Origin: Amoebidium appalachense
Taxonomy: Eukaryota > Protista > Ichthyosporea
Assembly: GCA_963693365.1 (NCBI GenBank)
Contig: CAVNZM010000015.1
Coordinates: 3,038,001 to 3,102,000, forward strand
Direction: 5' to 3'
Length of the DNA stretch: 64,000 bases
Below the pieces are notes generated by a model. It worked only from the letters and a program-made list of their open reading frames with translations, was not told the origin of the DNA and ran no database searches. Positions 1-12,728 of the stretch are shown piece by piece. Every line of letters starts with the position of its first letter. Position 1 is the first letter of the stretch. Made by a program: the position numbers and the translations under genes.

Positions 1-214
1 CTCTGCCCCCCGTTCATTTGTCTCCGTGAAGAGATGATAGGGCATAAAATGAGCAAAGAAAGAGACCATATGTATAGACGCGCTTAGTCGCTTGCCCTCC
101 CATCGGTCCCCGGCCGGCTGGTTTAGTACCTTCATCGTGACTGTCCCCTTCCCCCCATCCCCATATTGTCTGCTTGCTAAATTACAGCTTTGATGCTAAC
201 CCAACGGGTGCATG

Positions 215-780
215 CTAACAGCCACTGTGTGCATGCTAAAACACACCGTGTACATGCAAATCTACCACGTGCATATGAATCGTTGCTTTGTGCATGCAAA
301 TAGTCATGCTAAATGTCACTGTGTGCATGCTAACAGTCACTGCGTGCACACTAACACTTACTGCGTGTATGCCAATACTTTGCTCACTGTGTGCATGCCA
401 ATACTTTACTCACTGTGTGCATGCCAATACTTTACTCACTGTGTGCAGGCCAATACTTTACTCACTGTGCGCATGCCAATACTTTACTCGCTGCGCGCAT
501 GCCAATGTTTTACTCCTGTGTGCACGCCAATACTTTGCTCATTGTGTGCATGCCAATACTTAACTCACTATGTGCATGCCAATGTTTAACTCACTCTGTG
601 CATGCCAATACTCACTGTGTACATGCCAATACTTTACTCACTGTGTGCATGCCAATGCTCACTGTGTCCACACCAATACTCACTGTGTGCACACCAATAC
701 TCACTGTGTGCACACCAATACTCACTGTGTGCATACCAATACTCACTGTGTGCACACCAATACTCACTGTGTGCATGCAG
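215..780 (+). repeat. Intronic minisatellite, ~21-26 bp unit (CCAATAC[TTTAC]TCACTGTGTGCATG)
   Basis: About 20 visible units, more homogeneous toward the 3' end. The last unit ends in the acceptor AG at 779-780. Confidence 0.9.
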
Positions 781-1046
781 GTGCGGGGGGGCATGATGAA
801 GGCTGTGAGGGATGCCAAGAGGGCCAAGAAGGGCAAGCGCCTGCATGCATTCACAGAGGACAATGATGGTATGGTTTTTTCAAAAAAAAAAACGCACATG
901 CACGTGCACGCACAAGATGCCTACGCACATTTCATCGGCAGATACTTTAGATACGCTTAGGCTTACACACGCACGCCATGCATACACCTACACCCATACA
1001 CACTCACAACAAGTATACAAAGACGAGCAGACATGGACGGAAGGGG

Positions 1047-1099
<53 letters not shown>

Positions 1100-1224
1100 T
1101 TTACATATCATATACAGCAAATCTTTCCCCACGTACTCTATCACATGCACCTTAACTAACAATTCATTGGGGGTCACACAAACAAACACACACACACGCA
1201 CGCACATATGCACACGCGAGCGCG

Positions 1225-1296
<72 letters not shown>

Positions 1297-1405
1297 ACCG
1301 CAAGCTAAGAAGAAGAAGGTCAAGGCTGTAGGGTTTGACCGGGAGCTGACCGACACAAGCAAGAAGGCACTGGCCGGCATGAGAGGCCTGCCCCCTGGTA
1401 TGTTT

Positions 1406-1445
<40 letters not shown>

Positions 1446-1455
1446 CTGTGTGGAT

Positions 1456-1538
<83 letters not shown>

Positions 1539-1619
1539 TGTGTGTGTGTGTCTGTGTGTGTGTGTGTGTGTGCGGAGTTCATGGAAAGGGGACGAGGGGA
1601 GCTTGGGTGTGTGTGAAAA

Positions 1620-1650
<31 letters not shown>

Positions 1651-1969
1651 GACGAAAGGAAAAGAGGTCGAATCTTTTTAGTCCATACGAATCAGAGCAC
1701 TACTAGTGAGCTGCCAATCAAATGCACCACTAGACATCATAATGCTTGCCTTCTTGGTCGTGTTGAAAATCGTGTGTGGTTTTGAGGTTTCCCACCCCTC
1801 ATGCATATTTTGTAGTTGTGCCGAATCCCCTTCTGATTGGGATCGATAAGGCTGTGCACCTTGTACCCCCTTCCCCCCCCCCCCCCCCCCCTCTCCCCTT
1901 CCCCCCTCCACCCCCCCCCCCTCCCCTCCCTCCTCTCCCTCCCCCGCTCCCGCCCTCTCCCTCCCTTCC

Positions 1970-2000
<31 letters not shown>

Positions 2001-2621
2001 AAAAAAAAAAAAAGTCATACTAATGGCAAAAGTAATGATTGATTAGAAGGGTATAATGATGTAAATCAGAGATAATGTCATTAACTGACTCCGTGTTGCT
2101 TTTCTGTTGCTGTGTTCCCAGATTCACATGAAACGAACAGAACAGTGTATATCCCAATTTCCTAACAACCATTTTGTAAATCTTCAGGTGCCAAGAAATC
2201 GGCCAAGGGAGCCAAGGGCAAGAGTTCTGCGGACCAGAAGAAGGCATCAGAGAAGAAGCAGAGAATCAAAGAGCTGCGGACTACAAAGTCAAAGCATGCA
2301 TTCAAGACAAAGAAGCGGTATGTGTGTGTGCTTGCACGTGAATGTGTGAGCATTTGAATGCGTGTTGTGTGTGTGTGCAGTTGCACGTGTGTGTGGGTAC
2401 ACTTGATCGTGTATGTGAGTATACTTTTGGGTACGTTCCATTTGGGTGTGTTGGAGTTTTGTGCTCTTCTTCAAATCATATATTAATCATTGTTTTTTCC
2501 TTCGCGCTATGGCTTTTATGAAGCAGGGATGCAGCATCCTTTACCAATTATCAATGATCATATTCTGAGACTCTCATTGACCCCTCTCTCTCTATCCCTC
2601 TCCTCCCCCACTTCCCCCTCG

Positions 2622-2686
<65 letters not shown>

Positions 2687-2749
2687 CCACACACATACAC
2701 AAAAACCCGCAAACATTCATGTACACACAACAGCTACAAGCGCAGGTAA
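781..2749 (+). CDS. DDX27: DEAD-box RNA helicase DDX27/DRS1, 3'-terminal four exons (gene starts upstream of the window)
   Basis: GT-AG exons 781-868, 1296-1397, 2188-2317 and 2734-2749 splice in phase to ...[67 protein letters not shown]...[13 protein letters not shown]. The motifs FDxELTxTSKKAL and FKxKxRYKRR match the DDX27 C-terminus as recalled. Confidence 0.85.
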
Positions 2750-3082
2750 ATCTGGGCATCATCCCGGCATTTGGTGGATGGGTCACATCATGTAGCCCCT
2801 GCCGTCAATCGACAACTCCAGTTGTGCAAATCTCTGCGTTGCCGTTGTTGTAAATTATTGGAGGCCCCTCTGTTGCATATTTTTTTTTCCACTTTATATT
2901 TATGTTAGCTTATTAGTGTGGCAACGTGTGCAACTGTATCGAGTGTTTTTTCCTTTCTTTCTTTGCTTTTTCCTTTTTTGGGCATGGCCACGGGCAGGGG
3001 CTTATGTAGGACTATGTGTGTGTGTGGATTCTTTGTGTGCCCGCATTTTGGGGGGAGGGGGTGTGGGGGTTTTTTTTTGTTT

Positions 3083-3157
<75 letters not shown>

Positions 3158-4464
3158 GGGGGTTACATACGTGCTGTCTGTCTTATTTACATATTCGTGT
3201 GCATGTGGTATTTGTCTGGCGGCAAAGTTGCCTGGGGCTTACCCACTTTCAGCCTGCTATTTGGTCATTGCCGTATTGTGCGTTGGTAAGGGAACGAACA
3301 CGTCTGGTCACGTGTGTGTCAAGTATAGGATTATCATAAATGGTAGAGTTGCATAAATCACTCACTAAAAGTCTAGGGTGTGCCCAGGTTCCCGGAGCCA
3401 CATCGGATTTCGCGTTCTACGCTAACTAGAAAGGGTGCATGCCGGCTTGACGAGTCAATGTCGACATCGAAATGCCGTCAATGCAATCTTCTGATTGGAC
3501 CATTCTGAAAATGGCTCCGAATGGCAAAACATGATTGGTCGGCTCAGTCGACATTCGATAGCAACCCCAAGATTTGCTCAAAATCTCGAAAGTCACTTCA
3601 ACAACGGATATAAAAGTATACGAAATAATGATATTTTCCATAAATCATCTTCGTAACGTATGCAGGTAAGACATGTATCTGTCGGCATATGCAATTTATT
3701 TGAGCTTTTTCTATCGATTTTGAGCCGCAATAGAGTTGTTTAGGCCTTGGACGGGACCCGTCCACATCAATTACAGTAGTCCGGGCCTCAAGAGGTTAAT
3801 GAATATATAACAGTGATGATCTGAGTGAATTTATGCAACTCTACCTCTGTGGACACACAATAAAAAGTGTGTAAACCCGGGAGAACATCTGCAAGATGCT
3901 AACCTACAAATTCACAGCCGTTGTACTCATTTGCAAATGTGTTCAAACATCTAAATACCATATAAACTCTTCAAAATATAATTAATGAATCCGTTTTTAT
4001 AAATAAAGGTACTTTGATATTGAGTTACTGTACCGATTTTACCCTTTCAAAATACGCACCTCGTCCATGTGCACGTGTGTAGCCGCGGTTTTCCCGCCTA
4101 AATTTGAGTCCAAAAACCTAAGCCTCTACTGCCTCCAAAACGCCAACGTGCAACAGCCGTAATAATTATTTGTAAATGCGTGTGGTCGCCAAAAAAAAAA
4201 AAAACACACACACGTGCACCCACACCCACACACACACACACACGCCCACCCACATCAACACCCACACACGCACACACACACGCACAACCACGCGCACGCA
4301 CACACGCACGCACACACACACACACGACACACCGACAACCCCACCCACATCAACACCCACACACGCACAACCACGCACACGCACACACGCACACACTGTG
4401 TACACACAGAGAGAGAGACACACAGACACACACACACGCACAGACGCATGCATATGCACTCACA

Positions 4465-5339
4465 CCTGCGGACCTTAAAAAGCCCCCCCCCCCACCCCCT
4501 CCCCTCCCCCCTCCCCCCTCCCCCCTCCAAACCACCTACCCAATCACCCACCACCACCACCACCACCACCACCACCGCCACCACCACCACACATATGCTG
4601 ACCTGCGGACCTGTGGACCCACGGACCCGCGGACCCGCGAACCCGCGGACACTAAAAAGCACCCCCCCTCCCCCCTCCCCCCCCCTACCCACCACCACCA
4701 CCACCACCGCCACCACCACCACACATATGCTGACCTGCGGACCTACGGACCCGCGGACCCGCAAACCCACGGACCTTAAAAAGCTCCCCCCCTCCCTCCC
4801 CCCCCCCAACCACCCACCCAATCCCCCACCACCACCGCCACCAGCAACCATCATCACCACCACACATATGCTGACCTGCGGACCCACGGACTCGCGGACC
4901 TACGGACCCGCGGACCCGCGGACCCGCGAACCCGCGAACTCGCGGACCTTAAAAAGACCCCCCTCTCCCTCCCCCGCCCCAACCACCCACCCAATCACCC
5001 ACCACCGCCACCACCAACCACCACCACCACACATATGCTGACCCGCGGACCCGCGGACCTTTGGACCCGCGAACCCGCGGACCTCCCCCCCCCCCCCCCC
5101 CCCAAAAAAACCACCCACCACCAACCGTCACACATATGCTGACCCGCGGACCTATGGACCCGCGGACCCACGGACCTTAAAAAGCCCCCCCCTCCCCCCC
5201 CCCCCCCCACCCACCCACCCATCCAATCGCCCACCACCACCACCACCGCAACCACCAACCACCACCACCACAAAACAATGTTGACCTGCGGACCTGCAGA
5301 TCCGCGGACCCGTGGACCCACGGACGTGCGGACCCGCGG

Positions 5340-5345
<6 letters not shown>
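4465..5345. repeat. Compound tandem repeat: ACATATGCTGACCTGCGG + (GACCCGCG)n + CTTAAAAAG + C-run + (CCA)n, roughly 100-180 bp period
   Basis: About 6-7 units; ACATATGCTGAC recurs near 4591, 4723, 4864, 5031 and 5131, with a variant near 5275. Confidence 0.85.
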
Positions 5346-5374
<29 letters not shown>

Positions 5375-5432
5375 TCCGTGACCACCACCACCACTAACAA
5401 CAACCACCACCATCACAAAAAAATATGCAGAC

Positions 5433-5464
5433 CTTATGCGGACAACGGCAGAACTTGATGGCCT

Positions 5465-5518
<54 letters not shown>

Positions 5519-6052
5519 ATCCCTCCTCCCACACACCACCTCCGGGCCACCCCACACACCACCACCACCACCACGGTGACCATCACCACCACCACCACCA
5601 CCACAGAAAAATACTGAGATAAATAACATGACTAGAATTGAGAAAACAATGGAAAATTTTATAAACCAACTTGAAAAAACAGGAAGGGGGGGGGGGGGGG
5701 GGGAGACACACATGAATCTGCTCGACAGCGTGATGATGTCACTGAGTGTGAATTATATTTAGCTTAACCATACACAGGCACAGCCATGGTATGACCTATG
5801 GACTTGGGAACCTGCAGACCTGCGGACCTACACATCTCCGGGCCTTTATACTACTACGGACCTACACACTACGGACTTGCACAACTAACTCGATGACCCC
5901 CCTCCCCCCCCCACCTTTCCAATCAACACCGCCACCACATATACATACATATAGTACAACCTACAGGCATACAGACCTACGGACCTGCAGGGCTACCTGT
6001 GTACACTTATGCACTTGTGCAGCAACTTATTATCCTAACCCCACCGTGCCCT

Positions 6053-6103
<51 letters not shown>

Positions 6104-6577
6104 AAAAAAAAAAAGAAGAAGAAAAGAAAGAAGAAAAAAAACCAAAACTAAAAAACACATGCACACACACAAACAGCAAAAACGTTTAACCAAGCAGCCT
6201 CCTGCAGGGCGTCAGGAAACATATAAACACACAAACTCACCAACAGCCAGATGACGTAGGCAGCTACACATGCACCAGCTTAAAACCGCCATCACCATCT
6301 TACTTGGTACCCTTGGGCACGAGACGTTCAGAGCGCCTAAGGTTCCATGTAGGGTTGATCTTTTTGGTGTATTGCACCAAGCCAGCAATCTCCAACGGCA
6401 CAATTTTCTTGGTAGTAGCATTGGAGTTTCTCTTGTGCAAAATCTGCTTGTTGTCGTTCTTCACCAGCACATTGCCATCATCCAGGGTCATGTTGCTAAA
6501 AGCCGATGACAAATCTGAGGCTACGACTTGTGTGACAAGGATAAAGGAGAGAGTGGCGGCGGTGGTGGTGGATGGGT

Positions 6578-6619
<42 letters not shown>

Positions 6620-6630
6620 GGATGGGGGGG

Positions 6631-6664
<34 letters not shown>

Positions 6665-6930
6665 TTGCCAGTGGAGGGATGGGTCATGGAAAGGTCAGGT
6701 TTTGAAGATAGGTATTTCATCCTGCATAACACAACATCTGTATGGATGTGCCTGGGGCCTGTGTCTATGCGTATGCTTAAGCAAATGTGTATGCATGTAA
6801 ATGGGCCGAATTGTGGAATTGCACTGTGCGCTCTGCATGAGTGTGAGAATGCACATGTGACTACATGCATACTTCTGCGCGTGCGTGGAGACAGCATGTG
6901 TCTGTGTCCGTGGCCTGTGTCTGTCTCCCT

Positions 6931-7019
<89 letters not shown>

Positions 7020-7024
7020 AGGGA

Positions 7025-7080
<56 letters not shown>

Positions 7081-7402
7081 CACACACACACAGCACGCGC
7101 GTAGATGCCCCCGCCATTTTCTCTCATGCCCAATCACACACACACACACACACACACTCTCTCTCTCTCTCTCTCTCTCTCCCCCCCAGGTGTGTGTGTC
7201 TGTGTGTGTGTGTGTGTCTGTGTGCGTGTGTGCGTGTGTGCGTGTGTGCGTGCGTGCGTGCGTGCGTGTGTGTGTGTGTGTGTGTGCGCGTGCGCGCGCG
7301 CGCGCGCGCGCGTGTGCACGCTCGTACATGCCCCCGTCACTCTCACGCCCAACCACACACACACACACAAACACACACACAAACACACACACACACACTC
7401 CC

Positions 7403-7490
<88 letters not shown>

Positions 7491-8099
7491 TGTGTGTGTG
7501 TGCATGTCCAATAGTTGGGGTGGGGCGGTATGTATGTTCGTGTGTGCTATAAGGGAGGCGTGGTGGTGGTGGTGGGGCCTGTGCTCGAGCATGGATGTGA
7601 ACCACACACAACAAGAAGACAAGAAGACATCACAGCTACACCTACCCGCAACAGTCGGTGATTGCCCACGGGAAGGAGGCTGACCAAGGGCCTCAACATC
7701 AGCTACGGAAAACTTCGCAAACTGCAATGGGCCACGGAGGTGGTTACGAACGCACCAGACCAGAGCACCGAAATTATGGTGGGGAGGTATGTGTATATGT
7801 ATGTGCTTCTGTGTGTGCGAGTGTGCTTGCATGTGTGGAAGATGTGGTGGGTAGTGGGTAGGGGGGGGGGAGGGGGGCAAGGGAGAGAGGAAGGAGCGAG
7901 CGAGAGGGAATAGAGATGGGATGGAAAGAAGGAGGTGGAGGCCCGTGTGTGAATGTGTGATACTAATATGTGTGTCTGTGGTGAGTGTGTCTGTGGTGCG
8001 TGTGCGTGTGTGTGTGTGTGTGGCCAATACTTAGTGTGGGGCGGTTTGTACATTGTGCGTGTAGAAGGGAGACGAGGGGGATGGGGGGACAGGGAAAAA

Positions 8100-8192
<93 letters not shown>

Positions 8193-9345
8193 GGTGGGTG
8201 GGTGGGTGCACGAGCGTACATGCCCCTGTCACCGCTCTCTGTGACGCTCAATGTCTCTCTCTGTCGCTCGCTCTCTGGGCGTACGTGTGTGCGTATGCGT
8301 ATGTGCGCGCGCGCGCGTGTGTGTGTGTGTGTGTGTTGGGGGGGGGGGGGGGGGGGGGGGGCGATCGGTGGACGGTGGGGCGGCATGTATATTTGTGAGT
8401 GTTAAAAGGGGGTGGAGGGGGGGATTGGGGGCACAAGGGGGGAGGCATGGTGGTGGTGGGGGCCTATGCCCGAGCATGGATGTGAGCCACGCGCAACAAA
8501 AAGACAAGAAGACACCACAGCTACACCTACCCGCAACAGTCGGTGATTGCCCAAGGAAAGGAGGCTGACCAAGGGCCTCAACATCAGCGACGGAAACTGC
8601 AATGGGCCACGGAGGTGGTTACGAAAACACCACACCAGAACATCGAAAAGTAGTACATACCGGTGCACGTGCAGTGTAGATGTTTGGTAAAGGTTGGGGT
8701 GGGGAGGTATGTAGATATGTACGTGTGTGTGTGTGTGCGAGTGTGGTTACATGTGTGAAAGATGTGGTGGGTAGTGGGTAGGGGGCGGGGGGGAAGGGGG
8801 GGGGGGGGGGAGCCCGCACATACTCACACAGGCATTCACTCATAAAACAAATTAACCTCCCAGCCTTCCCCCCCCCCCCCCCCCCCTCTCCACACACACA
8901 CACACACACACGATGCTGTACCTCTAAACACTCCCCCTCAACACGTCAAGCCACCCCCTTCGCCCCCCCCCCCCCCCCCCCCCCCGCCCCTTACCACCCA
9001 CCCACCCCCTCACCCTACCTCCCACCCATCCAGACAAACGTCCCTGCCCCTACCGCCTGAAGGGATGCAAGGACACATATAGAGGGGCAGCACAGAAGTC
9101 ACCCACACGGTACCTTGCCTGAGTGCATTATGTGCACGGACAGCATCTGTCACCCATTTGCAATCCTACTTGCTATCTTCATCTTTCCCTGCATCTTTAT
9201 CTTTCCCTGCATCTTCATCTTTCTCTGCATCTTCATCTTTCCCTGCATCTTTATGTTCCTTTGCAAAAAGCAAGAAGAACGGATGCTCTGTAGCGTCTTT
9301 GTCCGCTCCCTCTTTCAGAAGCTGCACCATGCGCTGGATGGTTCC
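5433..9345 (-). CDS. Orphan multi-exon gene or pseudogene, partial model, with an in-frame TAG
   Basis: Phase-compatible candidate exons 9345-9114 (GTIQRMVQLLKEGADKDATEHPFFLLFAKEHKDAGKDEDAEKDEDAGKDKDAGKDEDSK*DCKWVTDAVRAHNALRQ), 8596-8531, 7702-7646, 6526-6304 (open, GTAAG donor), and weaker 30-nt exons 5741-5712 and 5462-5433. No family recognised; gene ends unresolved. Confidence 0.45.
7300..8780. repeat. Local tandem duplication, ~900 bp offset (core 7553-7860 vs 8441-8780)
   Basis: Near-identical blocks, e.g. CAGCTACACCTACCCGCAACAGTCGGTGATTGCCC in both copies, and GTGCACG..CGTACATGCCCC near 7314 and 8206. Confidence 0.9.
9175..9253 (-). repeat. 18-bp tandem repeat (about 4 copies) encoding KDEDAG-like units
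   Basis: ATCTTTCCCTGCATCTTC repeated; the unit length is a multiple of 3 and it lies within the candidate exon. Confidence 0.85.
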
Positions 9346-9795
9346 CTGGGCAGGTTGAGAGTAAAGTTCCAGTTAGAGAATTTAACGCCAAAGAAAACAG
9401 GAGGATGGTATATTGCTGCTGGCGCCCAAAACCAAATTAACATACAAATCTTAGTCAGGGAGATTGAATGCACCAGGAGATAACGTGGTTCAAACAGAGC
9501 AAACATTTGGGAGGGAGGGGGGAGGGGGAAGAGAATGTTGGCCTAAGGGCGGGGGGGGGGGGGGGGGGGGGGGCGAGGGACACAGGGGGAATGGGGATAA
9601 CATAAGGGGAAAGGGATCTCCGGGAGGTAGGGACAGGCGAGGGGGCGGGGGCGGGGGCGGGGAAGGGGAAGGGGAAGGGGAGGGGGGAGGGAAGAGGGGG
9701 GGAGGGGGGGGGGGAGGGGGGCGGATACATATGCGGGTCGGAAAACGGCCCGGCATGAAAAGGCGAGGAAGGGCTAAGGCAAGCTACAAATGTGG

Positions 9796-9893
<98 letters not shown>

Positions 9894-10081
9894 GCAATGA
9901 AAGAAAAGCAATCATCGTGACTAACACTTTCCTGGCTATTCCGTATGTGTGTATGTTAGGAGGGAGGGGGGGGGGGGGGGGGGAAGGGGGGGTGATGTAA
10001 TTACAAAGCCAATCATCACGACTGATGCTGTCCAGAATACTCCGTGTGTGTGTGTTTGGGGGGGGGGGGGAAGGGGTGCAG

Positions 10082-10120
<39 letters not shown>

Positions 10121-11387
10121 GGTTACGGAGCATCTGAACAGGGGGACGGTGTGCGGGAGGGGCGAGGGGTGACAGACATGATTAGAGTGTAACAATGTAG
10201 ACTCTAAGGAGTCGGAAAGGGGATGCTTCTAAGAAAAGGCGGTTAGAAGGGGGGGAGGGGAGGGATGGAGGAGGGGGTTTCACTTGGGAAAGAAATGAGA
10301 GAATGAAGGAGAGGGTGGGGAAGAAGCGGACGGTAAAAGTAGCTCTTCGTTGGTGCGCGTGCCTGTGCGTGCGTGCGTGCGTGCGTGGATGGGTATAGGA
10401 AGATGCGCATTGACAGGGGAATGTCTGTGTCTACTAAATGCAGGCTGTTGAAGTGCAAATTTTGTTTACCTAGACAGACAGGCACCGGTTTTGACTTCGT
10501 GGTTTTGTAGTAGTAATAGACGATAGAACCTTGTAGAATTAAAGAAATGACACGACTTCAGCAGCGATGGAAAGTCATATATCTAGTGGGAGTTACAAGT
10601 AGTTTTGAAACTTGTCTATTTCGTAGTAGGTATAACTAGCTAAGAAAGTTTCAGGCCGTAACGCTGACCATATATGTACTTCGCAATTTTTCTCTTGACT
10701 GGGATTTATTGATCAGTTTCGCAATTTCACAGACTTGAGAGCACGGTGCGGGTGGATGTACGCCCTTGCCAAGGGGTAAAAGCGCAGCCACCTAAACGCG
10801 CATTTTTATGCCAAAAAAAACATCAGAAACCTGGTTCTTGTATGCATGTTAGCAAATGCTCCCTAAATTAAAAGCATTTGTTACACCCATTTGCGAACGT
10901 TTTGTGGGTCGCGAGCAAGCGGGGAAAAGTGCCTTTGCACTAATATCACCCCAGATCTCTAATTTGACGATCTAGGGTGTGCCCAGTTCCCCCAGCCAGA
11001 TCGCATTTACAAACAAGGGGACACCATACACAAGGTATCGTTATTAGAGTAAAGTTCAATTTTTTTTTGCATAAGACGAAGGATAAGTGTATATTCTAAT
11101 CTCGTGCAACTTTCATTTGGCTAGTTTCTATCAACTTCATGTTCACATTAGAGCACAAACTGACTCATGTCGATGTCAGTTGACTAGTTGTCGATCTCCG
11201 TGGAAATTACGGATCTGAACAGGTTAACAATGAATCATGGACTAGCTTGAGCTCGTGTGGTGCCACCATGACAACACCAGCTGTTCTCGGCTCAGATGTC
11301 AGAAACCACCTCAGTTATTTGGAATAGTGGCGCTTCTTGTGAGCTCGAGCTCAATAGTATGTGTGTACTCGTGTGTGTGTGTGTGTA

Positions 11388-11426
<39 letters not shown>

Positions 11427-11594
11427 ATGTGTGTGCGTGCGTTTATGTTTGGTTGTGTGTGAGTGTGGGCGTGTGCACGCGTGAAGGTCAGGGGTGACTC
11501 CTGGGGGAGAGGGGGAGGGGGGGGGGGGCTTGCGTTTTTGGGGGGAGACGGGGGGTGAGCAGAGGAGATAATCTCACTCGAACGAACTATATCA

Positions 11595-12525
11595 TTTTTT
11601 TTTTTCTTTTGACTGGATTTATTCGACGGAAAGATATGCAAGTATGCACGGCATACTGAGAAGACAATAAAAACTTCACGAGTTATCCAGTAACAAGTGC
11701 ACACTGAGATACCTGAACACTGTGTGAAAATCATATAAATACTCAATGTGACGACCAACAGAATTCAACAAAAAGTCTAAAGTGTTCACATTGCCAGCTA
11801 GTGTAGCAGATACCCGGAGGGAAAGAGGTAAAACGCGACATAAAAATTCACACCTATCAACATGCTTGCTATTAAAAAGGTCAGCACAAAAGTGGCACCA
11901 GCGGCGATGAAAACAAGAATTACAGCGCCACTGCACAACTTCCCAGGCAATATCAACATCAGAGCACCATACAGACTTATCTACTAGGGTGGTATCCATA
12001 CGTACAGCAGGAGAAATGTATCCTGTCAAAGCTCCCAAAAAGCGATAATGATCAGTACGGTGTTGCCTAAGGAACATAACACATGCCGACTGAGTTTTAC
12101 CTTTGATTTCTCTATCAGAACGAGAAAGAAAATTATACTGCGTATGGTAATAACGCGAAAAGGCAGAAAAAACAGGAAGAGAAAAGAAAGAGGGAGTGAG
12201 ATAGCGAGAGGAAGAATCAGGTGGAAAGAGGGTAGGCTGAGGACATTCAGAAGTAGCGTTGGTGAATCGGGGGGGAAGAGGGATGGAGGGAGGGGGGGGA
12301 AAGAAAGCATAAAGAGGGTGACCATCAGGTAGCCTAACTAAATGAAAACAAAAACGCAGAGACAATTCCTCCATACGACAAACAGCAGACGACAATCCAA
12401 ACATACTGATTAAGGGAGGCACAAACCGAGTACGAAACAAAGTGCGTAGCGCAGTACCCTGAAAATCGTCGAACTCGTTCAGCGCCATTGCCGCCTCGCG
12501 AGGTGGGGCGCAGGCCAATAGCGGA
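11595..12525 (-). mobile_element. 5'-truncated non-LTR retrotransposon (LINE ORF2 C-terminal part, 3' UTR and A-tail)
   Basis: Intron-free ~280 aa ORF (12518-11676) with a Cys/His cluster (CHFCADLFNSKHVDRC), then AATAAA (11623-11618) and an A-tail (11605-11595). A second, shorter copy with the same 3' end lies at 52252. No RT domain is present, so the clade is not assignable. Confidence 0.7.
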
Positions 12526-12596
12526 AGTCCATATTCGAAAGTATCAGCTGGTTGTGTGTGTGTGTGTGCGTGTGTGTGCGTGTGTGTGTGTGCGTG

Positions 12597-12728
<132 letters not shown>

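Noticed and set aside
2030-2090. Possible box C/D snoRNA in a DDX27 intron
   Set aside because: Box C is imperfect, and I found no terminal stem or recognisable rRNA guide.
215-5345. CRISPR-like appearance of the tandem arrays
   Set aside because: There are no unique spacers of constant length and no cas genes, and the context is eukaryotic and intronic.
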